DNA of 64,000 nucleotides from Mobula hypostoma. Its lineage: Eukaryota. Below, piece by piece: positions 1 through 11,810 of this stretch. The notes below the pieces were generated by a model that did no database searches, was not told the origin of the DNA, and was given only the letters and a program-made list of their open reading frames with translations. The translations under genes were made by a program, and so were the position numbers. Numbering within the stretch: position 1 is the first letter of the stretch; every line of letters begins with the position of its first letter. The stretch is from NCBI RefSeq assembly GCF_963921235.1, contig NC_086107.1:116686001-116750000 (forward strand). Direction: 5' to 3'.

Positions 1-379
1 TCTCCCCAAATTCCCTCCTCTCTCCCCGAGGAGCCTGGGTTTTGTTGGCAGCCAGAAAACCCCTCTGTCCCTCGCAGCTGGCAGGCTGGCCTAGATTCTC
101 GTGCTAGTGTTTCCACACTGAGGGTTGTGTTTCACTCCAGCCTGTGTTGCGAGGTTACCCTAGTCTGTAATTAGGGACTGCTTAGGGTGTAGGATGTCCT
201 GCTGGTTAAGTTACAGGAATAGCAGGCCTATTAGGGATTCAGCTCAGCTACCCCTGTCCCGTGGGATTAAACCTTAGTGACTGGGATCACCACGTGATCA
301 TGCCACTATCTGAACTGACTGCAATTGGTTTTATACCTCAGTGATAATCTCCCACTGTAAATCCTTCCTGCCCATGTGA

Positions 380-965
380 GCAGTGGGATCCTAAGGAGTG
401 TTGTGGAACAAAGAGACCTCAGTGTACAAGGGTAGGACACGCACCATGAATGGTAGGGAGTGCAGAAGGTCAGAGGGACCTCGTGGTGCAAGGGTAGGGT
501 ACACACCATGAATAGTGGGTAGTGTCAAGGGATAGCGGGATTTCGGTCTACAAGGGGTAGGGCACACAACGTGAATGATGGGGAGTGCTGAGGAACCTCA
601 ACGCACAAGTGTAGGACAAACATCGTGAATGAGGGACAAACAGACACCAGCGTAGAAGGGTAGGATGCACAGTGTGAATGTTGGGCGTGACAAGGGACAA
701 AAGGACATTGGTATAAAAGGGTAGGACACATGCTGTGAATAGTGGAGAGTGTCGAGGGACAGAGGGAACTCGGTGTACGAGGGTAGGACACACAGTGTGA
801 ATGGTGGGGAGTGTCGAGGGACAGAGGGACCTCGGTGTACGAGGGTAGGACACACAGTGTGAATGGTGGGGAGTGTAGAGGGACAGAGGGAACTCGGTGT
901 ACGAGGATAGGACACGCAGTGTGAATGGTGGGGAGTATCGAAGGACAGAGGGACCTCGGTGAACA
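380..965 (+). repeat. 62-bp minisatellite (about 9 units)
   Basis: Unit gggtaggacacacagtgtgaatggtggggagtgtcgagggacagagggacctcggtgtacga recurs at 781, 843 and 905. Confidence 0.9.
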
Positions 966-1028
966 AAGGTACTCTGTGTGGTACCTGACATCTCTGTATG
1001 CAGAACTGACCCATTGCTGTGTTTCCAG

Positions 1029-1245
1029 GCACTGGCTGACCAACACCTATGTGCTGTTTGCGGTTCCCTACTTTGCCTATGATATCTATGCCATGTACCT
1101 CTGCCACTGGCACAGGACCCGTGTGAAAGGGCACGGGGTGGAACAGGAAGCTTGTGTCAGTGTTCTGCGCTCCTACCTGAGGAAGGACCTCCTTATGGTC
1201 ATTCACCACAGTGTGATGTTCACCATCTGCTTCCCCGTCTCTGTG
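1029..1245 (+). CDS. TLCD3B: TLC domain-containing protein 3B (FAM57B), internal coding exon; upstream exons lie outside the window
   Basis: Acceptor tgtttccAG (1027-1028) and donor GTGAGT (1246). Translates HWLTNTYVLFAVPYFAYDIYAMYLCHWHR...MVIHHSVMFTICFPVSV, matching the FAM57B TLC domain from recall. Confidence 0.93.
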
Positions 1246-1429
1246 GTGAGTTCTACCAGGTCAGCGCCACATCGCGACACAGCGTACGCTATATTGTACA
1301 GCATACACAGTAATGTATAATATATTAACACAGCGCACACAGTAACATACAGTGTACATCACACACGGGACCGAACAGTGCACCCAGTGTCATCGGCTCC
1401 ATACTAATCACACTCCCACCATCACATTC

Positions 1430-1810
1430 TCCCCCCCCTCCACCACTCTCCTCCTCCTCACTCTCTTACTCTACCATCGTTCCCCCTCTCTCTGCCCTCT
1501 CCCCGCACTCCCCATCTCCTCCCCTCCCCACTTCTCTCCCCTTCCTCCTCTTCCCCTTTCCCCTCCCTCTCCTCTCTGTCCATCTCTCTGCCATACCTCC
1601 CCCTTTTCTCTCTTACCCCTTTCCCTTCCTCCTTTCTCCCCCTCTCTACCCCTGCTCTCCAACTTTTCCCCCTCTTCCTTCCCATCTCTCTACCTCCCCC
1701 TATTCTCTCTCTCCTATCCTCCTCTCCCCTCTCTACTCCTCTTCCAACTCTCCCTCTCCCCTTTACCCCTCCCCTTCTCCCTGCCTCCCTCTCTACTTTC
1801 TGTCTCTCAT
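1430..1810. repeat. CT-rich low-complexity tract
   Basis: Almost purely pyrimidine. Confidence 0.9.
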
Positions 1811-2032
1811 CCCAACCAACAGCCAGCCCTTCCATTCATCTTGTGTTTCATTGGACATTATCAGACAGAGGCTGTTTGCCCCATTGAGGCCTCTGGGTCA
1901 GGGGGAGGAGGTCTGATCATTGGGAAGTGAGAGGGAACAGGAAGCCACCCAGTGACAGGAAGAGCATGCAAGCTGCGTGCAGACAGCGGTGGGGGAGTTG
2001 GGATTGAGCTTGCGTTCCCCTGAGATGGCTGA

Positions 2033-2170
<138 letters not shown>

Positions 2171-2174
2171 TGAA

Positions 2175-3510
2175 CACCATGTTCAGCAGTAGGCAACCGT
2201 GGCTAACAAGGGAAGTTAAGGATTGCATATAAGGTAACAAAAAAGAGTGGGAAGTTGGATGATTGTGAAGCTTTTAAAATCTAACAAAAGGCAACTAAAA
2301 AGCTATAAGAAGGGAAAAGATGAAATAATTGGCAAACAACAGGAATTCTGCAAATGCTGGAAATTCAAGCAACCACACATCAAAGTTGCTGGTGAACGCA
2401 GCAGGCCAGGCAGCATCTCTAGGAAGAGGTACAGTCGATGTTTCAGGCCGAGACCCTTCATCAGACGAAGGGTCTCGGCCTGAAACATCGATGGTACCTC
2501 TTCCTAGGGATGCTGCCTGGCCTGCTGCGTTCACCAGCAACTTTGAAATAATTGGCAAACTAGCCAATAATACCAAAAGATTTTTCAGTTCTATAAAGAA
2601 TAAAAAGGAGGTGAGGTTGATATTGGACCACTGGAAAATGATGCTGCTGAGGTAGTAGTGGGGGACAAAGAAATGGCAGATGAACTTGACGGGTACTTGC
2701 ACCTGTCTTCACTGTGGAAAACACGAGCAACGTGCCAGAGGTCCGCGAGTGTCAGGGAGCAGGAGTGAGTGCCATTACTATTACTATTACAAAGGAAAAA
2801 GTGCCAGGCAAACTGAAAGGTCTTAAAGGTGGATAAGTCACCTGGGCCAGATGGACTACATCCCAGATTCCTGAGAGGTTGCTGAAGAGATAACGGATGC
2901 ATTGGTCATGATCTTTCAAGAATCACTTGATTCTGGCATGGTTCCACTCTTTAAGAAGGGAGGAAGGCAAAAGAAAGGAAATTACAGGCCAGTAGCCTAA
3001 CCTCAGTGGTTGGGAAAGTGTTGGTGTCTGTTATTGAGAATGAGGTTTCGGGCTACTTGGAGACTAATGATAAAATAGGTCAAAGTCAGCATGGTTTCTG
3101 TAAAAGGAAATCTTGTCTGACAAATCTGTCAGAGTTATTTGAGGAAGATACAAGCTGGGTGGACAAAGGAGAGACAGTGGATGTCATTTACTTGGATTTT
3201 CAGAAGGCATTTGATGAGGTGCCTCACATGAGTTTGTTTAACAGGATAAAACCCTATGGCGTCACGGGAAAGATATGGGCATGGACAGAGGAAATGAGGA
3301 ATATTTTTAGCCAGAGATTAGTGAATCTGTAGGATGCTCTGCCACAGACTGCAGTGGCGGCCAAGTCTGTGGGCATATTTAGGGCAGAAGTTAATAGTTT
3401 CCTGAACAGTCAGAGCTTCAAAGGATATGGGGAGAAGGCAGGTGTATGGGGTTGAGAGGGATCCGGGATCTGCCGTGATGGAATGGCCTAATTCTTCTCC
3501 TAAGTCTAAT
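2175..3510 (+). mobile_element. CR1 LINE fragment (ORF2/RT plus 3' end), disrupted
   Basis: SQHGFCK...DVIYLDFQKAFD motifs, with frameshifts and an internal deletion. Confidence 0.85.
2338..2543. mobile_element. Palindromic Penelope-derived element with hammerhead-like core
   Basis: ~80-bp inverted arms (2380-2460 and 2466-2546); direct repeat tgaaataattggcaaac at 2321-2337 and 2544-2560; minus strand reads CTGATGA-agggtctcggcct-GAAACATC. Confidence 0.8.
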
Positions 3511-3636
3511 AAACAGCACCCTTCAGCCAAACACATTGCTGCTAAACTTGTCTCCTTGTGTTTGGTCTCCTTCTCTGCCGACCCCTCTCTCCCCACCTCT
3601 CTTCCCTATCTCTTAGACAAGGTTCAATTCAATTCA

Positions 3637-3770
3637 TAGAAACATAGAAAATAGGTGCAGGAGTAGGCTATTCGGCCCTTCGAGCCTGCACCGCCATTTA
3701 TTATGATCATGGCTGATCATCCAACTCAGAACCCCGCCCCAGCCTTCCCTCCATATCCCCTGATCCCCAT
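3637..3770 (-). mobile_element. CR1 3' tail fragment, same subfamily as 41348 and 51535
   Basis: catagaaacatagaaaataggtgcaggagtagg matches the start of the copy at 41348. Confidence 0.75.
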
Positions 3771-4814
3771 TAAAGTTTAATTGCCATTCAACCCTAACCC
3801 ATGAATACAGTCAAATGAGACAGCATTCTTCAGGGCCAGGGTGCTAAAACCCATTACCAAGAACGCATTCACGGAATAAAAGAGTCCTGACAACCCACAG
3901 TGTCCGAGGTGTTCCCTTGGACCCTGTGATAGGGAAGTGCAGAATTTACTGGGCCCTAGCAGAAATAGTTAAATCATCCTTAGTGTCAAATGAGGTACTA
4001 GAGAATTAGAGGATAACTAGTCTTCTCCCATTGTTTAAGAAAAGCTCTATAAATAAACCAGGAAATTACAGGCTGGTGAGCCCGACACCAATAGTGGGAA
4101 AGTTATTGGAAGGTATTTTAAGGCACCAGATTTATAAGTATTTTGATAGATACGGGCTGATTAGGGATAGTCAGCACAGCTTTGTGTGTGGTAGGTTGTG
4201 TCTAACCAGTCTTATAGAGGTTTTGAAAAACGTTACCAGGAAAATGGATGAAGGAGGGAAGTAGGTGTTGTCTATATGGACTTTAGCAAGGCCCTTGACA
4301 AGGTTCTGCATGGAATGTTGGTTGGAAAGGTTCATTGCTTAGCATTCAGGATGAGGTAGTAAATTGGATGAGACATTGACTCTGTAGGAGAAGCCAGGGA
4401 GTGGTAATAGATTGTTGCCTCCCTGACTGGAGGTCTGTGACTAGTGGTGTGCCACAGGGATCGGTGCTGAGTCTGTGTTGTATATCAATGATAATGTGAT
4501 TAGCAAATTTGCGGATGACACCAAGACTGGTGTGTAGTGGACAGCAAGGAAGACTATCATGGCTTGCAGCAGGATCTGGACCAGTTGGAAAAATGACAGA
4601 TGGAATTTAATGCAGACAAGTGTGAGCCTTTGAACTTCAGTAGGACCGACCAGGGTAAGTCTTACACAGTTAACAGTGGGGCACTGAAGAGTACAATGGA
4701 AGAAAGGGATCTGGAAATACAGGTGCATAATACATTGAAAGTGGTGGCACAGGTAGAAAGGGCCTTAAAGAAAGCTTTTGGCACATCGGCCTTCATAAAT
4801 CAGTGTACTGATGG

Positions 4815-7800
4815 TGGTTCTCATCAACAGTATACTGTTTTGGATACTGTTGGTGGGGATGACCTACCAGGGACAAGTTGTAGTGGTCGCATGTCTGGCA
4901 CCGAGACTGGACCCTCAGTTCAGAAAGGAAGGGGGGAAAAGAGGAGAGCAGTAGTGATAGGGGATTCGATAGTTAGTGGGACAGATAAGAGGTTCTGTGG
5001 GAGAGATCGAGAATCCCGGATGGTCTGTTACCTCCCTGGTGCCAGAGTCCGCGATATCTCGGATCGAGTTCTCGGTGTTCTCAGGACGGAGGATGAGCAG
5101 CCGGATGTTGTGGTCCACGTGGGGACCAATGACATAGATAGGAGTAGGGATGAGGTCCTGAAGAAGAAATACAGGGAGTTAGGAAAGAAGTTAAAAAGCA
5201 GGACCTCAAGGCTGGTAATCTCGGGATTGCTGCCTGTGCCAGGAGACAGAGAGGGTAGGAACAGGAAGTTATGGCAGATGAATGCGAGGCTGAAGAGTTG
5301 GTACAGGAGGCAGGGATTCAGATTTCTGGATCATTGGGATCTCTTCTGGGGAAGGTCTGACCTGTACAAAAAGGACGGGCTGCACCTGAACTGGAAAGGG
5401 ACAAATATCCTGGGGGGCAGGTTTGCTAGAGCTGTTGGGGAGGGTTTAAACTAGTTTGGCAGGGGGTTGGGAATCAGAATGTGAGTGCAGAGATTAGGGT
5501 AGAAAGACAAGGGCATGATGCTATGTGTTCTGAGTTGGTGAGGAAGGACAGGCAGGGGACAAAACATAAATGTAGCCAGTTAGAGGGGTTGAAATGTGTC
5601 TATTTCAACGCTAGGAGTATTAGGAATAAAGGGGATGAACTTAGAGCACGGATCAGTACGTGGAACTACGATGTTGTGGCCGTTACTGGAGGAAGGGCAG
5701 GATTGGCTGATGCAGGTACCGGGGTTTAGGTATTTTAAAAGGAATAGGATGGGAGGTAGAAAAGGCGGGGGGCAGTAGCATTACTGGTCAGGGATAGTAT
5801 CACGCCTATAGAAAGGGAGGACGCTGCAGAGGGAGTGTCCACTGAGTCGGTGTGGGTGGAAGTCAGAAATAGGAAGGGATCAATCACTGTGCTGGGAGTT
5901 GTCTATAGGCCCCCAAATAGCCCTCGGGACACCGAGGAGCAGATAAGCAGGCAGATTTAAGAATGGTGCAGGAAATACAGGGTTGTAGTTCTGGGTGATT
6001 TCAACTTCCCTCATATTGACTGGCACCTCCTGACTGCAAGGCGGATAGATGGGGCTGAATTTGTCAGGTGTGTTCAAGAAGGATTCCTGACACAGTATGT
6101 GGACCGGCGAACGAGAGGAGAGGCCATACTGGATCTAGTTCTGGGTAATGAACCTGGTCAGGTGGCAGACCTCTTGGTGGGGGAGCATTTTGGTGAGAGT
6201 GACCACAACTCCCTTAGCTTCAGCATAGCTATGGAAAAGGATGAAAACAGACAAAATGGGAGAGTGCTTAACTGGGGAAGGGCTAACTATGAAGGGATGA
6301 GGCAGGAACTAGCGAGAGTAAATTGGAAACAGATGTTCAAGGGTGAAAGCACAGAAGTAATGTGGAGGAAGTTTAGGGACCACTTGTGTTGGGTTCAGGA
6401 TAGGTTTGTCCCACTGAGACAAGGAAAAAATTGTAGGAAAAGGAAACCATGGCTGACGAAACACGTGAGGCAACTCGTCAAGAGGAAGAAGGAAGCATAT
6501 ATTAGATATAAGTAGGAAGCAGGAGGGGCTCATGAGAAATACAGGTTAACCAGGAAAGAGCTTAGGAAAGGATTTCGGAGAGCTCGAACGGGACATGAGA
6601 AGTCCTTGGCATGTAGGATTAAGGAGAACCCCAAGGCATTCTATGCATATGTGAAGAGCAGCAGGCTGAAAAGAATGAAGGTGGGGCTGCTAAAGGATAA
6701 AGAAGGCATCATGTGCCTGGAGGCGGAGGAGGTTGGGGAGGTCATAAATGCATACCTTGCTTCGGTATTCACAAGTGAAAAGGACCTTGATCAGGCTGAG
6801 GTCGAAATAGAACAGGCCTGTGTGCTGGGCAATGTGGAGATTAAGGAAGAAGAAGTGTTGGATCTTCTTAAAAACATCAAGATAAGTGATAAGTCCTCAG
6901 GGCTGGACGTGATATAGCCCAGGTTGCTGTGGGAAGTGAGAGAAGAGATCGGTGGAGCAGTAGCTATGATCTTTGAATCCTCTTTGGCTGCAGGGGAGGT
7001 GCCGGAGGATTGGAGAATACCTTGTTTAAAAAAGGTAATAGGGAGAATCCTGGGAACTATAGACTGGTGAGTCTTACGTTGGTGGTCTGCAGACTATTGG
7101 AAAGGATTCTTAAGAATAGGATCTACGAGCACTTGGAGAAGTACAGTTTACTCAAGCATAGTCAACATGGCTTTGTGAAGGGAATGTCATGCCTCATGAG
7201 CCTAATTGAGTTTTTTGAAGAGGTAACAAAAGAAATTGATGAGGGTAGGGTGGTAGATGTGGTCTACATGGATTTTAGCAAGGCATTTGACAAGCTCCCC
7301 CACGAGAGACTCATCCAGAAAGTCATGAGGCATGGAATCAGTGGAACCTTGGCCGTTGGATAAAAAATTAGCGTACAGGAAGAAAGCAGAGGGTAGTAGT
7401 GGAGGGAAAGTATTCTGCCTGGAGGTCGGTGACTAGTGGAGTGCCGCAAGGATCTGTCCTGGGACCCCTGGTCTTTATGATTTTTATAAATGACCTGGAT
7501 GAAGAGGCGGAAGGATGGGTGAGTAAGTTTGCGGATGACACGAAGATTGGAGGAGTTGTGGATGGAGCTGTAGGTTGTCGAAGGTTACAAGAAGGTATAG
7601 ACAGGATGCAGAGTTGGGCAGAAAAGTGGCAGATGGAGTTCAATCCGGATAAGTGTGAGGTGATGCATTTTGGAAGGACTGAGTACAGGGTTAATGGTCG
7701 GTTACTTAAGAGTGTGGATGAACAGAGGGACCTTGGGGTTCAAATCCATACATTCCTCAAGGTTGCTGCATAGGTTGATAGGATAGTTAAGAAGGCCTAT

Positions 7801-8417
7801 GGGATGCTAAGGCTTCATTAATAGGGGGATTGAGTTCAAGGGTAGAGAGGTCATGTTGCAACTCTACAAATCTCCAGTGAGACCACACTTAGAGTATTGT
7901 GTTCAGTTCTGCTCACCTCATTATAGGAAGGATGTGGAAGCTATGGAGAGGGTGCAGAGGAGATTTACCAGGATGTTGCCTGGATTGGAAAACAAGTCTT
8001 ATGAGGCAAGGTTAGCAGAGCTGGGACTTTTCTCTTTGGAGTGTAGAAGGATGAGAGGGGACTTGATAGAGATCTACAGGATTATGAGAGGCATAGATAG
8101 GGTGGATAGCCAGTACCTGTTTCCCAGGGCACGAATAGCAAACATCAGAGGGCATATGTACAAAGTTAAGGGAGGAAAGTTTAGGGGAGACATCAGGGGT
8201 AAGTTTTTTACACAGAGGGTTGTGGGTGCTTGGAATGACTTGCCAGGGATGGTGGTGGAGGCTAAAACATTAGGGGTATTTGAGAGCCTCTTGGACAGGC
8301 ACAAGAGGGTTATGGGGTAGTGTGGGTTTAGTACATTTTTTTTTAAGGAACATATGGGTCGGCACAACATCGAGGGCCAAAAGGCCTGTACTGTGCTGTA
8401 GTATTCTAGTGTCTAGT
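4815..8417 (+). mobile_element. CR1 LINE, 5'-truncated: ORF1 SGNH esterase, ORF2 APE endonuclease and RT, with stops and frameshifts
   Basis: VIGDSIV, VHVGTND and DGLHLN (to 5454); [40 protein letters not shown]; ttctagtg tail. Confidence 0.92.
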
Positions 8418-8483
8418 AGGTGGTGTGTTATACTGATGTTGTATAAGATGTTGGTGAGCCCTAATTTGGATTATTGTGTGCAG

Positions 8484-8586
8484 ACTGTACTCTTTTTCAT
8501 AGATACTGCCTGGCCTGCTGAGTTCCTCCAGCATTTTGTGTGGGTTGCTCGGATATCCAGTATCTGCAGATTTTCTCTTCTTTGTA
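8484..8586. mobile_element. Single-arm fragment of the palindromic Penelope-derived family
   Basis: tgcctggcctgctgagttcctccagca...atctgcagatttt, flanked by attgtgtgcag direct repeats (8473-8483 and 8587-8597). Confidence 0.6.
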
Positions 8587-8667
8587 ATTGTGTGCAGGTT
8601 TGGCCACCTACCTACCAGAAAGTTGTAAATAAGGTTTGAAAGAGTACAGAGAAAATTTACAAGTACA

Positions 8668-10935
8668 GTAATCATAATATGATTGAGTTCACTTTGAAAT
8701 TTGAGAAGGAGAAAGTAAATCCAATGTGTTGGTATTTCAGTGGAATAAAGGAAATTACAATGGCGTGAGAGGGGAACTGGCCAAAGTTGACTGGAAAGGG
8801 ACACTTGTAGGAAGGACAGCAAAGCAGCAATGGCTGGAGATTCTGTAAAAAAAATGAGGGAAATGCAAGACAGATATATTCCAAATAAGAAGAAATTTTC
8901 AAATAGAAGAAGGACACTACCGTGGCTGATAAGTGAAGTCAGAGCCAAAGTAAAAACAAAAGAGAGGGCATACAAGAAAACCAGAGCTAGTGGGAAGATA
9001 GAGGATTGGGAAGCTTTTAAAAACTTGCAGAAGGAAACTAAGAAGGTCATTAGGAAGGAAAAGATGAATTATGAAAAGAAGCTGGCGACTAATAACAAAG
9101 AAGATACTAAAAGCATTTTTAAGTATATAAAGGGTAAAAGAGAATTGAGGGTAGATATAGGACCAATACAAAATGATGCTGGAGATATTGTAATGAGAGG
9201 TGCAGAGATGGCAGAGGAACTGAATGCGTATTTTACATCAGTCTTGACAGTGGAAGACATCTACAGTATACCGGACATTCAAGAGTGTCAGGGAAGTGAA
9301 GTATGTGCAGTGAAAATTATGACTGAGAAGGTGCTCAGGAAATTTAATGGTCTGAGGGTGGATAAATCTCCTGGACCTGATGGAATACACCCTTGGGTTC
9401 TGAAGGAAGTAGCTGGAGAGATTGCGGAGGCATTAGCAGTGATCGTTCAAGAATCGATAGATTCTGGCTTGTACCGGATGACTGAAAAATTGCAAATGTT
9501 ACTCCGCTATTTAAGAAGGGTGGGAGGCAGCAGAAAGGAAACTATAGACCTGTTAGCCTGTCATCAGTAGTTGGGAAGTTGTTGGAATTGATTGTTAGGG
9601 ATGAGATTATGGAGTACCTGGAGGCACATGACAAGATAGGCCAAAGCCAGCATGGTTTCTTGAAAGGAAAATTCTGCCTGACTAACCTTCTGCAATTTTT
9701 TAAGGAAATTACAAGCAGGGTAGACAAAGGAGATGCAGTAGAAGTGGTGTACTTGGATTTTCAGAAGGCCTTTGACAGGGTGCCACACATGAGGCTGCTT
9801 AGCAAGATAAGAGCCCATGGAATTACAGGGAGGTTACTAGCATGGGTAGAGCATTGGCTGGTCAGCAGAAAACAGAGAGTGGGAATAAAGGGATCCTATT
9901 CTGGCTGGCTGCCAGTTACCAGTGGAGTTCCACAGGGGTCGGTGTTGGGACCACTGCTTTTTATGATGTATGTCAATGATTTGGACAATGGGGTTAATGG
10001 ATTTGTGGTTAAATTTGCCAATGATACAAAGATAGGTGGAGGAGCGGGTAGTGTTGAGGAAACAGAGAGCCTGCAGAGAGACTAAGGTAGCTTAGGGAAA
10101 TGGGCAAAGAAATGGCAAATGAAATCCAATGTTGGAAAGTGTATGGTCATTCACTTTGATGGAAGAAATAAATGGGCAGACTTATTTAGATGGGGAAAGA
10201 ATTCAAAATGCAGGGATGCAAAGGGACTTGGGAGTCCTTGTGCAGGACACCCTAAAAGTTAAACTCCAGGTTGAGTCAGTGGTGAAGAAGGTGAATGCAA
10301 TGTTGGCATCCATTCCTAGAGGTATAGACTACAAGAGCAGGGATGTAATGTTGAGGCTCTATAGGGCACTCGTGAGACCACACTTGGAGTATAGTGTGCG
10401 GTTTTGGGGTCCTTATTTTAGAAAGGATATACTGACATTGGAGAAGGTACAGAGAAAATTCATGAGATTGATTCCAGGAATAAAAGGGTTACCATATGAG
10501 GAACGTCTGGCAGCTCTTGGACTGTATTCCCAGGAGTTCAGGAGAATGAGGGAGGAGTCTCACAGAAACATTTCGAATGTTAAAAGGCCTGAACATATTG
10601 GAAATGGCAAAGTTATTTCCCACGGTGAGAGAGTCAAGAACAAGAGGGCACGAGTTCAGGATTGAAGGATGTTCCTTTACAACAGAGATGCAGAGAAATT
10701 ACTTTAGTCAGAGGCTGTGGAATTTGTTACCATGAGCAGCTGTGGAGGCCAAGTTATTGGGTGTATTTAAGGCAGGGAAAGATAGGTTCTTGATTAGCCA
10801 GGATATCAAAGAGTATGGGAAGAAGGCGGGGGAGTTGGGATGACTGGAAAAATTGGATCAGCCCATGATTGAATGGTGGAGCAGACTCGATGGGCCGAAT
10901 GGCCTACTCCTGCTCCTATATCTTATGGTCTTATG
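8668..10935 (+). mobile_element. CR1 LINE, 5'-truncated ORF2
   Basis: [34 protein letters not shown]; (tcttatgg)2 tail. Confidence 0.9.
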
Positions 10936-11429
10936 GATATTGCTATGACTGGAGGACCTGAGTTATAAGGAAAGATTGAATAGGTTAGGACTTTATTCCT
11001 TGGAAAGTAGAAGATTGAGAGGAGATTTGATAGAGATATACAAAATTATGAGGAGTATAGGCTTTTTCCACTGAGGCTGGGTGGGACTACAATTAGAGGT
11101 CATGGGTTAAGTGTGAAAGGTGAAAAGCTTAAGGAGAACATGCGGGAAACCTCTTCACTCAGAGGGCCATGAGAGTGTGGAACGAGCTGCCAATGCAAGT
11201 AGTGTATGGAAGCTTGATTTCACCATTTAAGTGGTTTGGATAGATATACAAGGATGTTGGTGGTGTGGAGGGCTATGTTCCAAGTGCAGATCGGTAGGCG
11301 TTGCCAGTTTAAATGGTTCAGCACAGATTAGATGGGCAGAAGGACTTGTTTCTGTGCTGTACTTTTTCTGTGATTCTATGACTATCCTTCGTCATCTCCA
11401 TCCTCTACACCTTGTCCACATGCTTCAAA

Positions 11430-11810
11430 ATCCAATTCAGAGTCGAGGTTATTGCATTTCGTACAGCATCTGCTTTGCCAGTGACCGCGAGAAACTGCAG
11501 AGAGTTGTGGACCCAGCTCAGCACATCACGGAAACCAGTCTTCCCTCCACAGCCTCTGTCTACACTTCCCACTGCCTCGGTAAAGCAGCCAAACACCCCA
11601 GACATTCTCTCTTCTCACGTCTCCCATCAGCCTGAAAGTACGTACCATCATCTCAAGGATAGCTTCTACCCCACTGTTATCAGACTACTGAATAATTCCC
11701 TAATAAGATGTACTCTTGTCACAGTCTACCTTGCACCTTATCGTCTGCCTGCATTGCGCATTCTCTGTAACTGTTACATTTTATTCTGCATTCTTTTACT
11801 GTTTCCACAT
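11430..11810 (+). mobile_element. Rex1/Babar-type LINE 3' fragment
   Basis: DREKLQRVVDPAQHIT...CLGKAA...HSLFSRLPS C-terminal signature. Confidence 0.65.

Larger units (their letters stand above)
3930..11380 (+). mobile_element. Old CR1 (pieces at ~3930-4812, 8420-8665, 10936-11380) split by younger nested CR1 copies
   Basis: RT, C-terminal and 3' UTR pieces are colinear across the insertions. Confidence 0.7.

Noticed and set aside
925..1320. Single-exon 131-aa gene
   Set aside because: Only 1029-1245 is exon; the flanks are minisatellite and intron.
4600..5454. Apparent RT-esterase fusion protein
   Set aside because: Chance in-frame junction between an old CR1 ORF2 piece and ORF1 of a nested CR1 at ~4815.
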